DNA from: Narcine bancroftii
Lineage: Eukaryota
Assembly (NCBI RefSeq): GCF_036971445.1
Contig: NC_091477.1
Coordinates: 27,652,001 to 27,716,000 of the forward strand
DNA: 64,000 nucleotides
Direction of reading: 5' to 3'
In this document: in pieces, positions 39,360 to 53,467 of the stretch
How positions within the stretch are numbered: the stretch's first letter is position 1
Layout: every line of letters begins with the position of its first letter
Position numbers and translations under genes: made by a program
Notes under the pieces: generated by a model
What the model saw: the letters and a program-made list of their open reading frames with translations, nothing else
Told to the model about the DNA's origin: nothing
The model's database searches: none

Positions 39360-39950
39360 GAAAATAGATGTGGTCCAAAATGAATATTTTTCATCTGTAT
39401 TTACTGTGGAGAAAGGCATAGAAGCTAGGTAACTCAAGAAGTTAACAACAATGTTTGAAGAAAGTCCATGTTACAGAACAAGTGTTGCTGAAAGTCTTAA
39501 AATACATAAAGGTATCCTTTGGGCCTGATCAAGTGTATCTGAGGATATTATGGGAAGCTGAGGACTTCAAGCTTGTCAGTAAATTACTGGAAGGGATTCT
39601 GAGAAATAGGATCTACTTGCATTTGGAAAGGCAAGGACTGATGAGGGATAGTCAGCTTGGCTTTGTGTGGGAACTCGTATCTCTTAAACTTTGATTTTTT
39701 TTTAAAAAGAGGTGAAGATTGATCAGAGCAGCACAATAGACATGGTTTATATGGACTTCAGTCAGGCCTTTGACAATGTACCACATGGTAGAGTGGTCCG
39801 ATGACATGGGATCCAGTGTGAGCTTGCCAATTAGATACAGAATTGGCTTGTTGGTCAGAGCAGAGAGTTATCGTGGAGGGATCTTACAAAGATAGGAAGC
39901 ACATGACCAGCAATGTGCCAGAGGGTTTGGTGCTGAGTGCTGTGTTGTGA
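39360..39950 (+). mobile_element. Degenerate CR1 fragment
   Basis: GPDQVYLRILWEA, KLLEGILRNRIYLHLERQGLMRDSQLGFV, YMDFSQAFDNVPHG. Confidence 0.7.
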
Positions 39951-39999
39951 GTGAGGAAACAGGTTTGGTAAGTCTCAAAGGCAAGGACTCTGGGCAGTT

Positions 40000-41130
40000 T
40001 TTGTAGTGAAGGATTTTTATTTCCAGAAGACAAGTGTGGGAAATGGTAATAAATGCAACACACACATACACAATGAACTGGTACATACTGCAGCGGGCCA
40101 AGCGACCATGTGGATGAATGGGTCAAATCGTCGCAACATACGGCCATTCCAAGATGGCACGGGCCTCCCTTCACTACCATGGAGCCTGCGCTTAGCATCA
40201 CATGCTCCTCAGCCGCCAGCTGAGGAGTGACACCACGATGCAATGTCATCACTTCCGGAAGTTGGCGAATACATCACCAGAAGTGGGCATCGATCACAGC
40301 AAAATGTAGCAACCAGCTACATCCACAGTTGCAGCACCTGTGACCAACATGGTGGGCGTGCATCTCCCACCTTTCTGGGCAAACCAGCCCAGGAACTGGG
40401 TACAGCTGGCTAAGTCCCAGTTCCACATCAGAGGAATTGTTTCAGAGGACATCAAGTTCTGGCACATCATCAGCACTCTGGATGCTGCCACAGCTGCCGA
40501 AGTCAGCTCCTTCATAGAAAACCCACCAATGGAGCATAAGTACAAGCAGTTCTGATGGCTCCTCCTCAACTCTATAGAGCTCAGCCAGCACGAGCGCATC
40601 ATCCAGATCCTCAATATGTAGGGCCTGGGTGACAGAAATCCCTCTAAACTAATGCACAAGATGGTGGTCCTGGTGGGTGAGCATAGAGACTCTTTCCTGT
40701 TTGAGGCTATGATCCTCTCGAAACTGCATCCTTGGCAGTTTCAGACATGGATTTCAGCGCCCCACACCTCATCGCCAAGGAGGTAGACTGGCAGTTCCGC
40801 ACGCCATTGCAGAGCTCCCTCCACGTGCAGCCAGTCTATGCCATCTGCGCCACAACCCCAACCAACCCACCAGAAGCACCGATGGTAGTTGCGGCACACA
40901 GCAACACGACAGGTGCACGGAGAATAACAGCGAGTGTTGTTTCTACCACTGTTGATGGGTCAGGAACACCCGGCTTCCCTCCCCCCTCCACTCCCGTGCT
41001 CGTACCCCACTGCTGATAGTGGCCTCAACGGTTGGCACTCAGAAAGGCCTACTCTACCTCAGAGGACAAAAAGGGACTTCCTCATTTACACGGGCACGGA
41101 AATCAGCCTCATCGCACCCACGTACTTTGA
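40000..41130 (+). mobile_element. Old Gypsy remnant (gag and start of protease)
   Basis: HLPPFWANQPRNWVQLAKSQFHIRGIVSEDIKFWHIISTLD resembles the gag at 10462. A later frame reads FLIYTGTEISLI (protease-like). Confidence 0.7.
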
Positions 41131-42589
41131 GGTTCTTTGTGTTTCTCTCTTTTCTTGAGGACAGAATTTTGCATTACTGACAAGGAAAAATTCTTCCTGG
41201 CCCACAGGGAAAAGAATCTCAGCATTGTATGTGATGTTATACATGTATCCTGACAATAAATCTGAACTTTGAAGAGTGTGAAAGAACACACCAACACACT
41301 TAAAGACAATATTTTCTTCACAGCCATTTGGCTCCTGAATAGGACTATCATCCTACCCTTGCTTGGGGTCAATTGATCTTTCCTACTTTCTGCAATTGTG
41401 CTCTTTATATACTGTGTGAATGTTAAAGATAATTTGTTATTTTGTTCCAAATGAACCCTTCTCAGTGTACTCTGTATTTGTGACTAATCAGTTCAAGTTT
41501 ATTTGTTGTCCGATTGTACCAGTACAACCTGATAAGTGTTTTCTGGTCCTCAGTACAGAACAGTGTACAGACACAACACATATACAGTCAAACAATACAT
41601 ATACACAGTACATATGTACACATTCATGTCACCTGGTACCAAATAGTTTATGTACAATAAACTGCTTTTATATTTTTCAGTCAGGCGTTGTCATTTACAC
41701 TCAAAAGACTCTTAATTGACATCCCTCTCACGTGCATACTATCTCTGTATTCACTGTTCCCTGTTAATATAATTCTTAACTCCCATTTAGACCAAACTTA
41801 TAAACAGTTTCACAATAATATTGAAACCAGTTGGTGTCCCTCATTTTCATCTTAACTAATGTAGTAAATCATGCTGGATACAATCTTTACAAGGTCCATT
41901 CCCTTCGATTTGGAACCACATCAGACATTTAATTTCTTCTTCATGGACATTATCACAATAGAAATACCTGGACAATCCATTCTTGATTATTTTGTTCTTT
42001 ATCAAAAATGGTGCTCCTTGGGATGTCACCCACAACCAAGAGGTGGGCTCCAGTCTCCTAAGATTGCACATTCTAGCTTCTCACCATCTCTTGTTTCCTT
42101 AAAAAAAAAGCACTCTATCATTTTTTTTAAAAAACACAAACTCTAAAATTCATGCACGCTCACATGACTTAGTCTGGCTAACACAAGAACTGCAGAATAT
42201 ATTTTGTTTGTTCAATGTCAAGGGTTGTTCAAGCTACAAATGAATAATTCAATACTTCTTGGCTAGAATTTCTGCAACTAAAGGGCGTTCTTATCTTTTC
42301 TTTATTCTCTCTTATCTACCTTTCCAAAGTAGATAATACATTCATTTTTTTGAATAAAAAATCACGATTATTTTAAAGCACTTTGAATGTTCTACTTATA
42401 AAAACAGATCTTAACAGCCCTTCTGGGTCTAGTCTTTACATCCGCTCTGTTCCTCTATCTTTCGAACAGAATCATTATACTTAAGAAAGGCCAATTCACA
42501 GAAGAGATTTCCAAATAACATAAAATCGCAGGTGCATCCACGAGTAAAAAAAATAGCGAGTTTCCTGTTTAAAAAAAAGCACAACTTAA

Positions 42590-43030
42590 TCAATTGCCCC
42601 GTTTTCGTTTATTTTTAAGATACGCCATTGGCTGCGGTTTTAAAATAGTCCCGAAGAAGAACAAAGCTCACAGCCTCCCATTCGCACCGCGCCACTTGCC
42701 CGAAGACCTCTGCGCATGTCTCGTGCTGCGCGTGACGTGTGTTTCCGGTCGGCCGAGGTCGTCTCCGCGCTTTGAAAAGAAGAAAAGAAACGGAAGGAGA
42801 CGCGGTGCTAACTGACTCTCTGCCGCTGTTAGTTCCATAGTTCGAGAGGGTCCCAATTTACTCTTTCTTTTGCTTTGAGTGGTCAGTCCTCGGTGAGTAT
42901 ATGTTCAGGGTGAGTTTTTTTTTAAAACCGCGACTCCTCTCTTCTGTGGAAACCGAGGGCCGTTGTTGGCGCGTGCGCGCGGCCTCCACCTAGGCCTTGC
43001 GGCCTAGGCTTCGTCGTCTCCTTCGCGTTT
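42590..43030 (+). promoter_or_regulatory. hnRNP H1 CpG-island promoter and non-coding first exon (donor after 42892)
   Basis: CpG-rich. Motifs: ATTGG near 42627, TGCGCATG (NRF1-like) at 42711, GTGACGTG (CRE/E-box) near 42732, TTCCGG (ETS). Donor tcg|gtgagt at 42892/42893. Confidence 0.7.
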
Positions 43031-45679
43031 TGCTTTCGTCTTTTAATCGACAATTCCTTAATTTGGGCCTTTTGGTGATTTGTGAGTAGGGACTCTCCCC
43101 ATCGTCCTTTTTTCTTCTTCACCCCAGTGTTATCTTTTAAACAGTTAATGTGTTTAAAAATTGGTCAAATTAATTGGTCAACTAGTTTTCCTCAAATTTA
43201 ATCTTTAATGAGCGACAGATTCGAAATGTTGCAATAGTTCGTCGACCCCGAGGTGATTTGGGGTTTAAATTCGATTGCCTCGGGAAAGCGGAACTCCTTT
43301 TTGTTTGGTGTTAAATGTGGGCCACGTAAAACCCACCCATGTTTTGGTCTTTTTACGCCATTAACCATTATTTATGTAGGGAAAAAAGTGGGCGCATTCG
43401 AGATCGTAAGACTTTCAAAAAGGGTGTTCAGCCTTTATTCGTAGACCACTGGCTGGGGAGGATTTGTGTTTCACCTGGCGGCACAGAACTTATTTTTCAA
43501 GGTTTTTTAAAATCTTCTGGCTATGTAGTTAGACATGAGGAAGATTCGCCGTATGAATAAAGATAAGACTGATATTCACTTTTACTATTAAATGTATTAA
43601 AGTTGATTTATTCCATAAAACTCTGAAAATTTGTCAACCATGATGTGCATTCAAGTAATTTAAAGTTATCAACATGTTTGTTGTATTTTCAAATTTTCTG
43701 GTATGGTCCAGGTTAGGTTTACGAAGTGATTTGTGCTGAAGTCTGTACTTTAGTAGCTAACCAATGCAAATTTTGTCAACATAAACTTATCAATAAGACT
43801 ATTATTGTATCAATGTTCAAACTATAAATGCTCCCAATTGTTTTAAGCTATTTTAAAGTAGCTGCAATTCATTTGCCTCCTTTTTTTCCCCCTTATCAAA
43901 GAAAAATGAACAAGAATGCAGATGCTGGGGGTCAAATTCAAAACCAGTGTTGGAGAAACTCAGCAGATGATGGATACATCATCTGGGCCTGGATTCATTG
44001 TTTGGTGTACATATACCTGATGAGGGCCCAGTCCTGAAACATTGATTATCCTTTACTTTCTATTGATGCTTTATGACTGTAAAATAGTTTGAGAGATGAT
44101 GACTTCATTAACTTTCAGTGATGTGAACATTTTACTAACAGGATTTTTAAAATATTTGAGGATCATTGTGACTTAATAAAGGTTAGTTGATGGGAAGTTT
44201 AATTGTCTAAAGGAGGAAAAAAAATGTGTAAGAGTTCCTTTGGGACAATTTTACAAATGAATGCCAATTCCAAAATTTGTTAATGGAATCATTGAGCAGT
44301 GTAAATTCCAACTCCAAATTTGATTTTTGGCTTGGGTTCAAGAATGTAGTCTGTTTTTCAACATAAATTGCACCGTAAAGTTTTAACATAAAGACATATT
44401 GTCCATTATTTTGGCCATTCCCATTTTTCTCGAGGGGATAGGAGTTCCCATGATGCTATTGAGAGGAATTGTCCCTGATCTCTTGACTATTTCTGTAATT
44501 AAGAGGGGTGATTTGGTGCTTGTCATATTATTGATTGTGGTCATTTGCTGTATTACAACAGCAATCCTACTTCAATGGACTTTACACGGGTATTTTGGAA
44601 ATGCTCTGATATGGATTTGAAAGGTGCCACATCAATTTGTTATTCTTTTAAGTGACCCAAAGGAATTTTTTTATGGTGTAGTCTGATTCAGCAATGTGCT
44701 ATTGGTAACATATATTTGGACAAGATCAGTGCAACCATTTGCTATTGTGCCAGGGGAATGGAGAGAGGTCAGTGGCAGAATGAGTGTTAACTGTATAACA
44801 TTTACTGTTTGGGTCAGTTTTATTTCTAATTAAGCCACATTTCTGAGATCACAAATCCAAGCTGATAAAAATTTTTAAGGTATGCTATTTTATGATGCCA
44901 ACTTAATACTTGCATTAAAATAATAGCCTTTTTTTATTATTGGGGAATAAAATAGAGGATTGGACTGATGCATATGTGGAGTCAACCAATAATGTGGAAG
45001 TGAAAATTATCCAGAAAATTGATCTGCAATTCCACTTGTCACTAAAGCTTCTAAACAAGCTTAGTTTGGGGGGGGGGGGGGGGGGAGAGAAGAATTCCAA
45101 GGAAAGGGAAGTTTATACTTGAGGAAAAATTTTTGGTGGATTAAAAACATCCTTTCCAATGTTTAGTTGAATTTTGGGTTCCAATGTTCAGTATTGTCAA
45201 ATAGAATGGCAAATTAATTCCAACAATGGCTCAGTGGCAAGATGCAAAGCTTAAATGTTGTTATCATTAGGATGCCACATGGCCAATACCCTTTTAATAA
45301 TGATTCTAGACTTAAAGTAAGGTTTTTTGCAGAAGGAAGTGAGGTGACTAAAGATAATTGAGGAAAATAAAGACTAAATGAGTGCCATTTTTCTTTGCAT
45401 GGGGTCAAAAAGCAGAGATTACTTTTTTAAATTGGTTGGTAGAGGAGGAGAGAGGAAAAAATCCTAACATTAATTGATTTGAGACCAGAGATATTAATTG
45501 ACATGAATAGTTAGTGGTGCTTTGAGAAGCTGAGCAGCTCTAGCAGATGAAAAAGCCAACTCTTTCCTTTTAGTTTTCAGTATAAATGTTAGTTCTCTGC
45601 TGATGCAAATTTAAATGTAAAAATGTGCTGATGCTTTCTTCAGATCTTTTAAAGGGACTAAAATCACCTGGAAGAAGTT

Positions 45680-45770
45680 ATGTCTACGACAGAAAGTGAT
45701 GGATGTGTTGTCCGTGTCCGTGGACTACCATGGTCTTCTGCTGCTGAAGAAGTGATGCGATTTTTTTCTG
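45680..45770 (+). CDS. hnrnph1: hnRNP H1 coding exon 1 (acceptor at 45643/45644)
   Basis: [30 protein letters not shown] (qRRM1); |gtatgt donor. Confidence 0.93.
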
Positions 45771-48074
45771 GTATGTCAAATGTTAAGGATGATCCAAGTA
45801 AGCCAAAATCTAGAATGAAAGCACCAAACTATATCACTCTGGTTAATACATGTATGACATTTGGTTACTTAGATAGTATTTTGCTTTGCTCTATGTATTG
45901 ATTTTTTTTGTCTCAAGGGTACAATTTAAATTATCAGAACTTGAGATAAATAGTATGGCATCAGTGACATAAGGAAGAAAACCATTGTAATGATTCTTTA
46001 AGTAGATTTGCACAAAATACTGCACACTGGCATTATTCACTTGGTTTTCCTGCTGCTTTGGTCTCCTCTCCCAACCTTGCAGCACCTTATTTGCCAAAAG
46101 ATCCCAGCATCATTATTCCTACTAATTAGAATGCTGAGTCTTTCACACCATCTCTTAACTCTTGACTGTGAACATCAGGCTATTTTCCAGCTGTTTTAGT
46201 ATAATTTTGTCTGCATTTGTATGCCCCGTCATAACTTTACTGAGGTCACCAGCTAGGCTATCCTGGTGGACCCATTATATCAATCTGGTACCCCACAAAA
46301 GTTGTTATTCCTTGATTAGTTATGCAGTTAGTTTACTTGTTCATGCTACAGTATTCCTGATGATTGTCATTTTTTTTCTTGCCTTGCCTGATTGAAGTTG
46401 GTAATTGATCTTGCATGGAAAAATTTCTCCTTTGCTTCACTCTTCAAATCATGTGTAGCTAAGGATCCAAGCTCCTTTATTCATAGATGTTGATTGTCTT
46501 ACATGGATGCTGCCTATTCCATTTGTTTATGGGAAGTGTGGAACATTTCATGTTTCAGTCCCAGGCTTTTCATCTATTTCTCCAATCCATTTTATTGCTG
46601 GTTCCACCTTTATACATTATGTTCTTGCACAGAGCTCAAATCTCATTACATGTATTGCCTCCTGTATTTTGGTCCTTATGATTACTCTTCCCAAATTCTC
46701 CAATATAATTCATTGACACCTGCAATTATTTTGACAGAATCCCAAACTTTGCCTCTTGAATGGGCTCGTCCCTTTCTCTAGTTCTGTACTGTTGACACAC
46801 ACCATTAAGGGAAATGGGTATTAGGTGCTATGGGAAGCAAGATCAACAGAAATCTTTAAATCTCTGGCAACCAGTGACAGTTGATTGGAAGAGGACAAAT
46901 GTCCTTTATTCAATGGTGGTAAGGATGAGTCAAACAGAAATATTAGGGAAATTATTGGGGGGGGAAAAACAGGATTAATTTACAGTCAAGAATGTTCAGC
47001 ATACCTTTAAAGGGAAGTCCTATTTGATGTGATGCTTTTCAAAGCTGTAACTGTTGATGAGGAGATGACATTAATGTACTTGCTTCAGAAAGACATTTGA
47101 CAAGATTGCCTCCCATCACCTTTCCATAGGAAACTTGTCCAAAAGATACGAGTCCAGGTTATTCAGGGCAATTTGCAACTTTGATAAAATGTTGAAGATG
47201 TGGTTAGATTTTTGATTGGAAACCTGTGACCAATGGTATATAATTTTTGCATTTGGACTACAACACAGTAACAAGCCATTTCTGCCCATGAGCCTGTGAT
47301 GCCCAATTTACATTCAATTAACCTACACCCCTGAAATGTTTTGAATGGTGGGAGGAAACTGGAGCCCCCAGGGAAAAAAACACTCTTTTTGATTGGCCTT
47401 CTGGCTGATATTGATCAGTTGGAATGATGGGTTGAGCAATGGAAGTGTGAGGTGGTTTTTTGGGAGAACTAATAAAGGTAAGGAATGCTCAATTAATATT
47501 GAGAGTAGAAGGATTTTGGTGTACAAGTTCAAGGATCCCTGAAGATGGCAATGCAAATTGAAGGGATGAGGTTTGCCTTATAGTTCGGGCATAGAATATG
47601 AGAGCAGTAGAATAGAAAATGTTGATTAGACTTCAGTTGAGTACCTACCATGTGTAGTTGAGCACTTCATTAAAGGCAGGATTTGATTTCACTGGAGATT
47701 GCCGAGGAAAGTCTTGGAGGTCTGTTTGGGAGAACCTAATTGGAAATGTATAAAATTGTGCCTTGTTGCAAGGGTTTCAAGTGCAGCTTTTTTTAAAAAT
47801 CTGTTTTAATTGACTGTCTATTGTGTATATTTTTCAATCCCTGGTGAGAAAAGGATTTGTTTTGCTACTTTTGGCCAGTGGATTGGCTAGGGAATTGATG
47901 TTGGATGTGGTGTGTTAGTACTTGTACTGATTTGCAATAGAACATATAACAGTATGACTTAAGGAGTAAAACAGGATTCTGTTGACACTGGTTAAGTGAA
48001 AAAACACAAATGTTTGGGGCTTGAGCCCTTCAAGGTGTGACTTAGTATGGGCCCTTTAGCTCACGATCTATATC

Positions 48075-48350
48075 TATGGCTTGGCTTCGCGGACGAAGAT
48101 TAATGGAGGGGTAATGTCCACGTCAGCTGCAGGCTCGTTTGTGGCTGACAAGTCCGATGCGGGACAGGCAGACACAGTTGCAGCGGTTGCAAGGGAAAAT
48201 TGGTTGGTTGGGGTTGGGTGTTGGGTTTTTCCTTTTTTGTCAGTAAGGTGGGCTCTGCGGTCTTCTTCAAAGGAGGTTGCTGCCCGCTGAACTGTGAGGC
48301 TCTAAGATGCACGGTTTGAGGTGATATCAGCCCACTGGCGGTGGTCAATA
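48075..48350 (-). mobile_element. RTE LINE 3' fragment, second copy
   Basis: Closely similar to 22490-22755 (ccacgtcagctgcaggctcgtttgtggctgacaagtccgatgcgggacaggcagacac). Confidence 0.8.
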
Positions 48351-48888
48351 GACTATCTATATAAATCTCTATCATTCAATCTTTCTCTCTGAAGGGCAAA
48401 ACCATCCATTGTTCTTGCATCCATCTCTCTAAGAGTTAAATGTTCAGATTGTATCAGTCACTTTTTCCACCACGCAATGCATTCCAGTCATTCACACACA
48501 CACTAAATGAATATATATAAATAAATAAAAACCTACCTCTGACATAGTCTTAAAACTTTCCTGAACTTGCTGTAAATTGATGTCCTCTGGTATTGTCCCT
48601 TGCTCCACTGGTAAAAAGGTGCTAGCTGACTCTGCCTCTCATAATTGTGTACATCTTGAAGTTGCCTCTCAACCTCTGAAGAGAAAAGCCCTAGCTTTCT
48701 CAGCCTTTCCTCAGAACCTTCAATCCATACAGCATTGTAGTAAAAATCTTGTATGATACCTAATGGGCTGGGGCCTTGTGTATTTTTTTCCATTCTACTG
48801 GTAGTTTGACATAGCTTATAGGGGTGCTGAATTAGTTTGTGATTGAACTGAACTTGAACCCACTGCAATATGTCCTATTTGTGTACTA

Positions 48889-49090
48889 CAGGTACAGAAA
48901 CCTTTATCTGGACAACTAAATTCTGGAAATCTCCAAAATTTGGCTGGTGGGGAGAGACGGCAGTGTGAGGTTGGGGGGAGATGGCAGCACAATTCGGGTG
49001 GGTTTAAATCTGGCTTTCTGAAATCTGGGAAAATCCAAAATTTGGAACACACTGTCCCCCAAGGGTTCCAGATAAAGGATTGTATACCTG
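48889..49090. mobile_element. Tc1/mariner (Tigger-like) MITE
   Basis: TIRs caggtacagaaacctttatctgga / tccagataaaggattgtatacctg; flanking TA TSD. Confidence 0.75.
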
Positions 49091-50030
49091 TACTCTTAAT
49101 ATAAAATGACTAGTTTACAATTTTTCAGCTTATTTATCTTGCTGTCTTAAATGATTTGTGTGTGGCACATGGAGCATGAACCTGAGAGCTAGAATGTAAT
49201 TTTAGATTATCTTGACCAATCTTTGAGTTGACAAGGAAAACAAAATTGTATCCTTTCTCAATGATAATCATGATTATCAATGGTATACATAAACTACCAG
49301 AATATCCTCTGGCATATATTGGCAAAGGAATTCAATGGCACATGTCTCCAGCATTACTCTCTTGTTGGACCTGCACTTAACCATACAGTAACCAAATTTT
49401 GCATTCTCCATATTTTCATTGACTGTTACCACTGGCATCTGCAGCAGCTAACAAACAAATCAATCTGCCTGCATTTCATATGTGGAAGGAAACAAAAACA
49501 CCTGGAGGAAATGCACAGAAGTATGATGCTAACTCCACATAATGCTAGAAGTCTGGATTGAACCTGGCCTGCTGGAGCTCGGGTCCATCTACTCACCTGG
49601 CTTTCATGATTTTTTTTTTCTTTTTTTCACCCCTTACTATCTTTTGATCCAAATGCTGCAGTTAATGTCTTTAACATTAATCTATTAAGGATAGCCATCA
49701 ATGCTGTAACAAAAGGTGCAATGTTAAAATGGCTCTTGGATTGGTGGGGGTAGGGGAATGGGTGTAGAAGAGTCATATGGTCATTGCTGAGAAACTAAAG
49801 TTGCCCTGAGAATAGTTTTTTTAATCATTAGACTGTAGAATTTAAACATTTTCATCACTACAATTTTCTGTGCCTTCAATTGTCTTGGAATAACTGAGTA
49901 ATCAGACTTGGTCTGTTTATTAATGTACTCACGATGTTTACAATTTCTAAAATTGTATTCTATTACAATAATTAAGCATTCATAATGGAATGTGCATAAA
50001 ATGTATACATTTATGGACTTTTAATTTCAG

Positions 50031-50186
50031 ACTGCAAAATCCCAAATGGGGTTTCTGGAATTCATTTTACTTATACCAGAGAAGGCCGACCCAGTGGTGA
50101 AGCATTTATTCAACTAGAGTCTGAAGAGGATGTTAAAATGGCAATGAAAAAAGATAAAGAAAGTATGGGCCATAGATATGTTGAAG
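50031..50186 (+). CDS. hnrnph1: hnRNP H1 coding exon 2
   Basis: [52 protein letters not shown]; 156 nt; canonical sites. Confidence 0.95.
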
Positions 50187-50661
50187 GTGAGTTCTGCAAT
50201 TTTGAGTTTGCAGAAGTTTGAGGGGAAGAGACAGTAAATGTGAGTAGGCTCTTTCTACTTGGATTGGGAGAGGACATGGATGAAAGGTTTGGGAGAACAC
50301 ATTCACTCAGAATGGGAGTTTGGAATGAGCTGCCATCCGACGTAAATGTGGGCTCACTCTTTAGCTTTTTGAATAAATTGGATAGATACATGGATGGGAG
50401 TGGTCTGGCGGGTTATGGAATGGATGCAGGTCAGTGAAACTAGAGGGATGATGTTTTGGCACAGACGAGAAGGGTTGAAAGGCCTGTTTTCTGTACTGTA
50501 GTTTTTTATGGTTCAAAGCATTTTTTACCAAATATTTGTGAATTTGCTTTGTAAAAAGGAAATGAAATAAAAACTATTTGTCTTCAGGATTGCTTAAATT
50601 TTGAATTTTTCACTTTTGTTTTTTGAAAATGTATTCTTAACTTTTTTATTTTTAAATCCAG

Positions 50662-50805
50662 TATTTAAATCTAACAACATTGAAATGGACTGGGTTTTGA
50701 AGCATACTGGCCCCAATAGCCCGGATTCATCAAATGATGGCTGTGTTCGTCTTAGGGGACTGCCATTTGGCTGTAGCAAGGAAGAAATAGTACAGTTTTT
50801 TACAG
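50662..50805 (+). CDS. hnrnph1: hnRNP H1 coding exon 3
   Basis: [48 protein letters not shown]; 144 nt. Confidence 0.95.
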
Positions 50806-51407
50806 GTATAGAAATAAAGGTTTTATTTCAAACAGTAAGTTTTTAATTGTTTAGTGCCAATGGTCTTTATTAATATTTTTTTATTTGAATGAGCCAATAG
50901 TATTAATTTCTGGTTCCAGATGGTATTTTGTGTTCATTCCATTTGAAACTAGTCTAAATGTGTTAAGCATGAGTCACCAAGTGGTGAAGAAATATTCGTG
51001 TGGATGAAATTGTTACTTAATTTAAATGTCACTTTGTGTTGAATTGGGGTCAATTATTCACTCTGCTTTGTGAGCACCATTTGCTGATTTGGAGCAGAAC
51101 TGTGAAATTGCAATGAATTTTGAAAAAATAATTAGAATTTTTAGTTTCACCAGTTTATAATCCCACATTATAGACAAGATAAACATTTTCTCCTTTTCAT
51201 TTATTGTTTTGCCTCAAAATCTATTCAAGATACTGAGCATTGGCTTTAACAATGGAATTTAATTAGATTTACTTTTCTTCCAGTAAAACCGAGATAAAAT
51301 AATCTTAAAGCAGTGATCAGTAGATGATAATTCAACTTCTGATGCTACACATGACTGGATTTTTAACCTGAACACTTGCATATTTTTAGATGGGAATACA
51401 TGAAATT

Positions 51408-51916
51408 ACTGTATTATGGCATACAAAACCACCTCCCATTTCATCAAGGAATATTAAGAAAATATCTTTTAATGTATTTATGGCCTCCTCACTGGGGAAG
51501 TGAGCGGTGGCAGAAGCTCTGGAATTGGATGGGTTTCCTCTGAGCTGGAGAGCTGTGCTGGTGCATGTGGAGCCTCTCCTGGCATCAAACAATGCGATCC
51601 TTCAGCACCCTCGCAGCAACTAATCTCCTTTGGTCTCCAGCAGCTTCTTGCCTTTGTGCCGAAGCAGGACCATAGCCTAGTGCTGTCCATGCTGCAGTCA
51701 TGGTGCACACCAACTGGTGTAGCGACTAGCTCATCTGCCACCAGGGCCGGGTCAGGCTGCTGCTTCTCCCTGGCACAATTCAGCGCCCAGTTTCCTCAGT
51801 GCATAGGGTCTGCTGGGAAACTGAAAATTTCAACTTTGCATTCAAGACCTGGGGAATATATTTGAGCCAATTTTTTTTGGGGGAAAGTGGGTCTTGTATG
51901 CTGTCAAGTACTGTAC
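51408..51916. mobile_element. Degenerate Tc2/pogo-like non-autonomous DNA element
   Basis: Imperfect inverted ends (tactgtattatggcatacaaaacc / ggtcttgtatgctgtcaagtactgta) around a GC-richer core. Confidence 0.45.
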
Positions 51917-53328
51917 ATTATTTAAAACCCAAAGAACACTACATAATTAAAAAAAAATGTATTATTTACTCTTGTAATTTTTTGTCCACATTCAGAATGA
52001 AATTTGTGATTATTATGCACTTACTATGGTGACGTTTCTTGGCTTCTTGTAATAAAATGGTAATATGTGACTCAAATTTCCAAGTTGAATTTTGGCAAAA
52101 TAAATAATTTCATACACTGATCAAATTGTCCTACTGCCAGTGGTTTCTCCAAATACAATATATTTGGTTTTCAGTCGTTAAGTTTTCTATGGAGCCTATG
52201 CTTTACCCTTATAAACACAAGGATTTAATAATTTTCTTTCAAGACTTCTATTGTTTTAAGAGGATGCCATTGGCAATACAACGCAGTATGGCACACATTT
52301 GTGTCTGAAGCGTCTAAAATTCCAATCAGTGTCCCACTTTGATCAGTATTTGGGCTTCTATGAGCCAATATTGAAGGATGGGACATGCAAATTTCTGGAG
52401 TCTGCACATGGTGGACTTCAATGCTCATATGAGAGCTGCATGGTGTTGAGCTAGCCAGGAAAATTTGGCCTGTCTGTTTCTTTAATTAAATGTGTTTATG
52501 ATTGGGGTGGAGGGGAGGGAGGAGAGGGAGGAGGGAAGAGGAGGAGAGTTGGGGGCCAGAAAATTGTCATTGATTCAGCATGATGTTCCAACTTCAAGCT
52601 GCATGCTTAATATGCCATTAATTTCCTAATGGCTCCTTGGGTAACTATACAATTACACAACTGAGGCTTGCAGGTGAGAAATGCACTACCTATGGAAGGA
52701 CTCTGGGGCAGTTGAAGATGGGCTAGGTACTGGTTGAAAGGGGTTGAATGAAAATTTGCTATAGGTTCCCCCACACTTAGCCTTGTGTGCGGAGGTATTG
52801 GGTGAGACCAACTGTATGTTTGGCTCTATCCTCCTCAGTCCATTTGTAAATTTAGATTTACACTTGGCAGTATAACCACTTTGAGATCTGAACATGTAAT
52901 ACTGAATCTCCTGAACTGTTGAAATTAAGGGGCAGAAAGTGATCTTTGGTTTTGGTTGGCTTGTTTTTTTAAATATCAAATAAATATTTTAATGTACAGA
53001 AAGCATTTATGTTGTATATGTTGCTCTAATTTTCTATTTTGAGACTCTATCTGAAAAGTGTAATTGCTATTTTAAATAGAATCTTGTTCTGTTCGAAAGT
53101 GTTCTGTGACACGCATATCTGTGCTTCAACCCAGGATGTTCCTGTGGATTGTAGGATACATGTATATTTTGTACACAGAGATTGTCACATAACACTTTAG
53201 TGCACTTTTATTCTTGAGTTTTAGCTTTTAGTAATTTAAATTTTATAATTGCAAAGTCATAAGTAATCATGGGCATGTGCACCCTTTAATACTGTCCCCC
53301 ACTGGGGTTATTTGTCCTTGGGTTGAAG

Positions 53329-53467
53329 GGTTGGAAATCGTGCCAAATGGGATAACATTGCCGATGGACTACCAGGGGAGGAGCACGGGGGAGGCCTTCG
53401 TGCAGTTTGCCACACAGGATATAGCTGAAAAGGCTCTAAAGAAACACAAGGAGAGAATAGGGCACAG
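53329..53467 (+). CDS. hnrnph1: hnRNP H1 coding exon 4 (139 nt, frame-shifting, G-run-flanked)
   Basis: [47 protein letters not shown]; weak acceptor ccttgggttgaag|; donor AG|GTGGGG. Confidence 0.95.

Noticed and set aside
41856-42071. Minus ORF (..IKCLMWFQ..) as a MOB1 remnant
   Set aside because: Similarity to MOB1 (IDYLMTWVQ) is only a few residues and no other MOB1 motifs are present; not supportable without a search.
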